This document shows positions 14,925 through 18,350 of a DNA stretch of 18,350 nucleotides, piece by piece. The number at the start of each line of letters is the position of its first letter. Within the stretch, counting starts at the first letter, position 1. The position numbers were made by a program, and so were the translations under genes. The DNA comes from an uncultured Spirochaetales bacterium (lineage in GTDB: Bacteria; Spirochaetota; Spirochaetia; DTKZ01), in the NCBI GenBank assembly GCA_937991975.1, contig CALKLC010000061.1, positions 1 through 18,350 on the forward strand, given 5' to 3'. The notes under the pieces are model-generated. The model ran no database searches. It was not told where the DNA came from and saw only the letters and a list, made by a program, of their open reading frames with translations.

Positions 14925-16604
14925 CTAATGAGAAAAGAACAGTTTTACCATCGGAAGGTTCGCAGGGACCTCGCCTATGCCCACAGAGCTTCCTGGTTCG
15001 TTCCTTTTTAGCTTCTGGCAGGCCAATTGCCCGGGAACAAAATTCTCATACTTCTGGCAAACGGTCTTCCGGCGTGCAAGCGATTGGTTTGAAAGCCCCT
15101 GGCGTGCAGGCCCTTGCCGTGATGGATTCCGAAAGGTCAGGAGACGGTTTGTCCTCTGGATCTCCTGGATAAGGGCTTCCTCTTCTTTAGTTTTCTGTTC
15201 CTTTTTCAGGAGGTTCACGTACCGGCAAAGGCGAAAGGCCGTTACCAGTTCTTCTGTGGTTAGAGAACCTGTCCATGGATACGCGAAGGATCCGCGGCTC
15301 GATCCCGGATGCTTCAGGAGCAGGTCAGGAGGCGGCGAGAAGCCCGGAATCCCGGGCACGGGGTAGAAGAGGGAAATCCCCAGTAGGGTGGGAAGAGGTT
15401 GGAGGAACTGGATCTGCTCTACGATCCGTTCCGGCGTATCAGCCTCGAGGCCAGCAATGAAATAAGTGATGGAAGAAGCTCCTCGATTATGGATTTCTTT
15501 GACTACGTCGAGGTAGTGGGATAGATCGACCGGGCGGTCTACCTTGAAGGCCGTTTCCCAATAGATCGTTCCAAGGGATAGGTTGAAGCGATGGAAACCG
15601 TACTGGATCAGCTGGTCGATACGGGAAGGGTCCAGCAGGAGATAGTCCAGACCGTTTTCTGCGGAAAACAGAACAGAAGGATGGATGGATTTAACCAGCT
15701 TTAGAACCTCGAAGAAGTACTCTGGCGCGCAGAGAAGATTATCATCCTCGAAGTTCAGATAGAGGATCGGTTTAGGTGGAAGCTTTCGGATCGCCCGCTC
15801 GAAAAGCGAGAGGGGTGTCATGCGAAACTCCCGGCCATGACAGAGATAGTTTGAGCAGAACCGGCACCCTTTGGGGCAGCCTCTGCTCAAGGAAGTGGTT
15901 GCCCAGATTTTTTGTGATGTTTCCCTCACAATGGCAACTGTTCCCGTAAGCTCATCCTGTCGGCACAGGTGGTCTGCGCGAATCACTTCGGTTCCTCCCT
16001 CGGCCGATGAGCCCTTTTTCCTCATCAGTTGTTCAATCTTTTCCAGTAATAGAGGGACAGTGACTTCCCCCTCCCCTGCTGCCACGTAGTCGAAGAGCGG
16101 CCTCTGAGCGGCTAAAGAGGACCGGGCATCGTTCTGTTCGAAAGCTGGGGGGGCCACGTTTTGTGTCGTGTAATACTCGGGGCAGGAACTCGGACCCGCA
16201 CCCCCTACGGCGAGGAGTGTAGTGGGTAAAAGGGATCGGATCACTCGAGCAAGGGCGACCGCTTCTTCTGCGTACGCGTACGCGAAGGAGGAAAGGAACA
16301 CTGCGTCAGGTTGAAAGGTATAGATCCTGCGGCCACATTCCTCGAAAGGGGGGCCAAAGTGCTGGAATCGGGTGAAAAACGATAGGGGGCCGAACTCGGT
16401 AGGAACCATGTAGGGGAGAAGGTGGGAAGCCTCTTCGGGTAAGGGAATCGTATATGAGCGCTCCTTTTGGGGAAAAAGAAAAAGCTTTACTTCGTGCCTT
16501 CTTTCCCTACAGAGATCAGCGACAATTCTCGCGCCCAGAGCGCTCAGGCGATGGGGGGTAAGGTAGAAATCCCGGATCGGGGGGGCAACCACAGCAATAC
16601 GCAT
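14925..16604 (-). CDS. B12-binding-domain radical SAM protein (COG1032-like)
   Basis: An N-terminal Rossmann-like cobalamin-binding region (MRIAVVAPPIRDFY...) is followed by the SRGCPKGCRFCS CxxxCxxC radical-SAM cluster motif. Length is 559 aa. Confidence 0.8.
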   Translation of the reverse strand: MRIAVVAPPIRDFYLTPHRLSALGARIVADLCRERRHEVKLFLFPQKERSYTIPLPEEASHLLPYMVPTEFGPLSFFTRFQHFGPPFEECGRRIYTFQPDAVFLSSFAYAYAEEAVALARVIRSLLPTTLLAVGGAGPSSCPEYYTTQNVAPPAFEQNDARSSLAAQRPLFDYVAAGEGEVTVPLLLEKIEQLMRKKGSSAEGGTEVIRADHLCRQDELTGTVAIVRETSQKIWATTSLSRGCPKGCRFCSNYLCHGREFRMTPLSLFERAIRKLPPKPILYLNFEDDNLLCAPEYFFEVLKLVKSIHPSVLFSAENGLDYLLLDPSRIDQLIQYGFHRFNLSLGTIYWETAFKVDRPVDLSHYLDVVKEIHNRGASSITYFIAGLEADTPERIVEQIQFLQPLPTLLGISLFYPVPGIPGFSPPPDLLLKHPGSSRGSFAYPWTGSLTTEELVTAFRLCRYVNLLKKEQKTKEEEALIQEIQRTNRLLTFRNPSRQGPARQGLSNQSLARRKTVCQKYENFVPGQLACQKLKRNEPGSSVGIGEVPANLPMVKLFFSH

Positions 16605-16616
16605 TCCTATTCCATC

Positions 16617-16892
16617 TTACCCTTTCTGTGAGGTGTCCTCTAACAACCGAACTACTTCTTGTTCTTCTTTTTCGCTCTGTTGACCCGCCTGATCCAGATC
16701 CTGTATGGCTTTTTGGGCGGATTGATTGTAGAATCCGAGTTTTCTGATAATAAAAGTGATGGTATCAAGGTACTGGGAGAATTTCTGGAATTCTGAGAGT
16801 TGCTGAGTAGCCTGGACCACGGCTGTTAGGTCTTCTGAGCTTTGTCTCGAGGCGAAGCTTAGTCCCTGGATCACTTGTTCTACCTCTTTCAT
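16617..16892 (-). CDS. small Q/E-rich helical protein (91 aa), hypothetical
   Basis: The ORF abuts the upstream 54-aa ORF (TAGATG) and ends 12 nt before the radical SAM start. Operon position supports it. No motif I recognise. Confidence 0.5.
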   Translation of the reverse strand: MKEVEQVIQGLSFASRQSSEDLTAVVQATQQLSEFQKFSQYLDTITFIIRKLGFYNQSAQKAIQDLDQAGQQSEKEEQEVVRLLEDTSQKG

Positions 16893-17057
16893 CTACTGGG
16901 ATTCTTCCTTCAAAACAGGTTGTAGTTCTCCTTGCCCTTCTAAAGAACGCTGAATTCGTTCACCCTGGGATTGGAGGGTGGAATCTACCTCACTGATTAC
17001 CGTATACAGGTGATGAAACAACTGCTGAGCCTGCCCAAGGTATTCTCCCTGATTCAT
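16893..17057 (-). CDS. small helical protein (54 aa, MNQGEYLGQAQQLFHHLYTVISEVDSTLQSQGERIQRSLEGQGELQPVLKEESQ), hypothetical
   Basis: Hand translation of the minus strand. The ATG is at 17057 and the TAG stop at 16893-16895, directly followed by the ATG of the 91-aa ORF. It is not in the supplied track because it is under 60 aa. Its Q-rich composition resembles that of the neighbour. Confidence 0.4.
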   Translation of the reverse strand: MNQGEYLGQAQQLFHHLYTVISEVDSTLQSQGERIQRSLEGQGELQPVLKEESQ

Positions 17058-17267
17058 GGTACGGTCCTGTATAACACCAACTCGAGAGAGGACCTACTTT
17101 AGGTTAGTGGGTGTAGTTCGACTTTTCTCAATCTCCCCCTGTAGATCTTCCATGAGCCTACGAACTATTAGACCGATGGCGGCAGATACAGCACCCTGGA
17201 AAAGGAACACGACGGCAAAGATGGACCTTCTTTCCGCAAGGGTAGGTACACCAGCTCGAGTTATGAA

Positions 17268-17507
17268 TCATACCATACTCACGATTGAAATGAATACAAG
17301 GGAGCCCCGGTAGCCAGGGGAAACGAGAATGCCCGCTGGCGTGATGAAACCCATAAGAAGACCTACTACGGATATGAGGACTGCTGGGTAGATCGTAGTG
17401 TTCGGTATGTTCAGGTACCCTACAGCGAGGATCGTAAGGCATAAGGTGCTGAGTAAGCACAGTTGCCAATACACGGTGTTACACCTCCGGGCAACGCCCG
17501 CCTGCAC
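17268..17507 (-). CDS. small membrane protein (2 TM in the first 79 aa) terminated by TGA; the frame stays open a further 57 codons to the TAG at 17094-17096 and includes a third TM
   Basis: Codon 80 is TGA. Hand translation of the same frame continues FITRAGVPTLAERRSIFAVVFLFQGAVSAAIGLIVRRLMEDLQGEIEKSRTTPTNLK. The protein is either disrupted or a read-through candidate. Confidence 0.5.
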   Translation of the reverse strand: MQAGVARRCNTVYWQLCLLSTLCLTILAVGYLNIPNTTIYPAVLISVVGLLMGFITPAGILVSPGYRGSLVFISIVSMV

Positions 17508-17552
17508 AAAGGCTTGAAAGGTAGTAAGCCCATTCTAGAATCACCTTTGAAA

Positions 17553-17575
17553 CCGCCACAATTTTGGCACCACTT
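17553..17575 (+). repeat. Copy F of the intergenic repeat family (CCGCCACAATTTTGGCACCACTT), followed by AATAAGAG
   Basis: Exact 23-nt core. It lies in the divergent region between the membrane-protein gene and the 3'-partial gene. The outer flank TTAATAAGAG resembles the flank of copy A (TTATTAAAGAG). Confidence 0.85.
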
Positions 17576-17676
17576 AATAAGAGCTTTAGGTTCCTCTCCT
17601 TACGTTTTAAATTAGAAAAGGTATGCCCTGGATTCAAGGGTATCTAAGGAAAAAGTTTCTTTTATGGTGGTTGCCC

Positions 17677-17705
17677 TTTCAAAACTTAGAATGGATTACT
17701 ATAAT
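17677..17705 (+). promoter_or_regulatory. candidate sigma70 promoter for the 17734 gene
   Basis: TTTCAA at 17677-17682, a 17-nt spacer, and TATAAT at 17700-17705. AAGGAG lies at 17723-17728, 5 nt before the ATG. Confidence 0.4.
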
Positions 17706-17733
17706 AGAATTTATATTTATCAAAGGAGTATCC

Positions 17734-18350
17734 ATGTCCGATCTGTATCGCCTGCGAACCCTCGATTCTCTGCAACGGAAAGGGGTGTATGTGAATGATT
17801 ATCCAGGTCTCATCATGGACGGTAAGGATATCAGCTATTTCTACTTTCATTTCGAAAAGGAACTGTTCTTTCCTAATGGTGGGGCCGAGGGAAAACGGGG
17901 CGGGGCGGCATTGATGGATCGGGTAAACAAACTGGTTGCCGCATACAACGAGGAGTTCGCCCTGGTGGGGTTGGATAAGGAACTCCGTATCTTCTACCTG
18001 GACGATCAGGGCTTTTGCATCCTGGGACGGGTGGAGGACGAAAAGGAGACCCTCAGGTTCATGATCAACAAGAAAGAGCTGGTGTCGGACCGTGTGTTTC
18101 AGGTGAATCTGAGGAGGATCTATGCGGCCGAGGGGATCGATGGGTTATACCAGGTGCAGAATACAGAGGTAAAAGGGGTATACGAAGGAATCACCAAGTA
18201 CATATCCCTCTACATGTACGGATGGTTTGGGTTGTTTCGACAGTACGAAACTCTGCAGGAACGGACCAAGGTGTTTCGACAATTCAAGCCTTTCAAAATA
18301 CCCCTCATCGGCAGAAAAGAAACCCTGAAGAACGCTACGTTCACCCTACA
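17734..18350 (+). CDS. hypothetical protein, 3'-partial (runs off the right edge)
   Basis: An ATG with a strong SD. The frame is open for 205 codons to the end of the window (MSDLYRLRTLDSLQRKGVYVNDYPGLIMDGKDISYFYFHFEKELFFPNGG...). It is not in the track because no stop lies within the window. Confidence 0.6.
   Translation, partial: MSDLYRLRTLDSLQRKGVYVNDYPGLIMDGKDISYFYFHFEKELFFPNGGAEGKRGGAALMDRVNKLVAAYNEEFALVGLDKELRIFYLDDQGFCILGRVEDEKETLRFMINKKELVSDRVFQVNLRRIYAAEGIDGLYQVQNTEVKGVYEGITKYISLYMYGWFGLFRQYETLQERTKVFRQFKPFKIPLIGRKETLKNATFTL

Noticed and set aside
17268-17270. Selenocysteine at the in-frame TGA
   Set aside because: I see no convincing SECIS-like hairpin immediately downstream, and a Sec residue in a tiny TM protein is unlikely. 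It is kept only as a low-probability alternative in the finding.

Overview
This looks like an ordinary chromosomal segment from a moderately GC-rich bacterium that uses Shine-Dalgarno sites, with TGA as a normal stop codon. No rRNA, tRNA, CRISPR array, integrase or transposase is visible. The window has four parts.

(i) Housekeeping genes: a HAD-IB hydrolase (partial, minus strand) lies downstream of aroA (EPSP synthase), and avtA (valine-pyruvate aminotransferase) is divergent from aroA. These are followed by a stand-alone PtsN-like PTS EIIA, an acidic hypothetical protein, a D-2-hydroxyacid dehydrogenase and the peroxiredoxin Bcp.

(ii) A tightly coupled 7-gene plus-strand operon (6670-14050). 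A YtrA-type GntR repressor whose operator palindrome overlaps its own -10 heads a 4-TM SPFH/stomatin protein, a LolD/MacB-like ABC ATPase, two FtsX/LolCE-type permeases, a secreted LolA-fold protein and a 486-aa outer-membrane beta-barrel ending in Phe. This is the best candidate for a poorly described envelope transport or extraction system.

(iii) A convergent minus-strand cluster (14047-17507): a small 3-TM membrane protein interrupted by an in-frame TGA, two small Q-rich helical proteins (one not in the ORF track), a B12-binding radical SAM enzyme, and an HD-GYP phosphodiesterase fused to an MJ0042-type zinc ribbon. Its stop codon overlaps the stop of the beta-barrel gene.

(iv) A 22-28 nt intergenic repeat family (core CCGCCACAATTTTGGCACCACTT) is present six times. 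Four copies form two inverted pairs whose inner spacing is almost identical (100 and 101 nt) but whose internal sequences are unrelated.

Several ORF-track entries are antisense artefacts. The HAD gene, the 54-aa ORF and the 3'-partial gene at 17734 are absent from the track.
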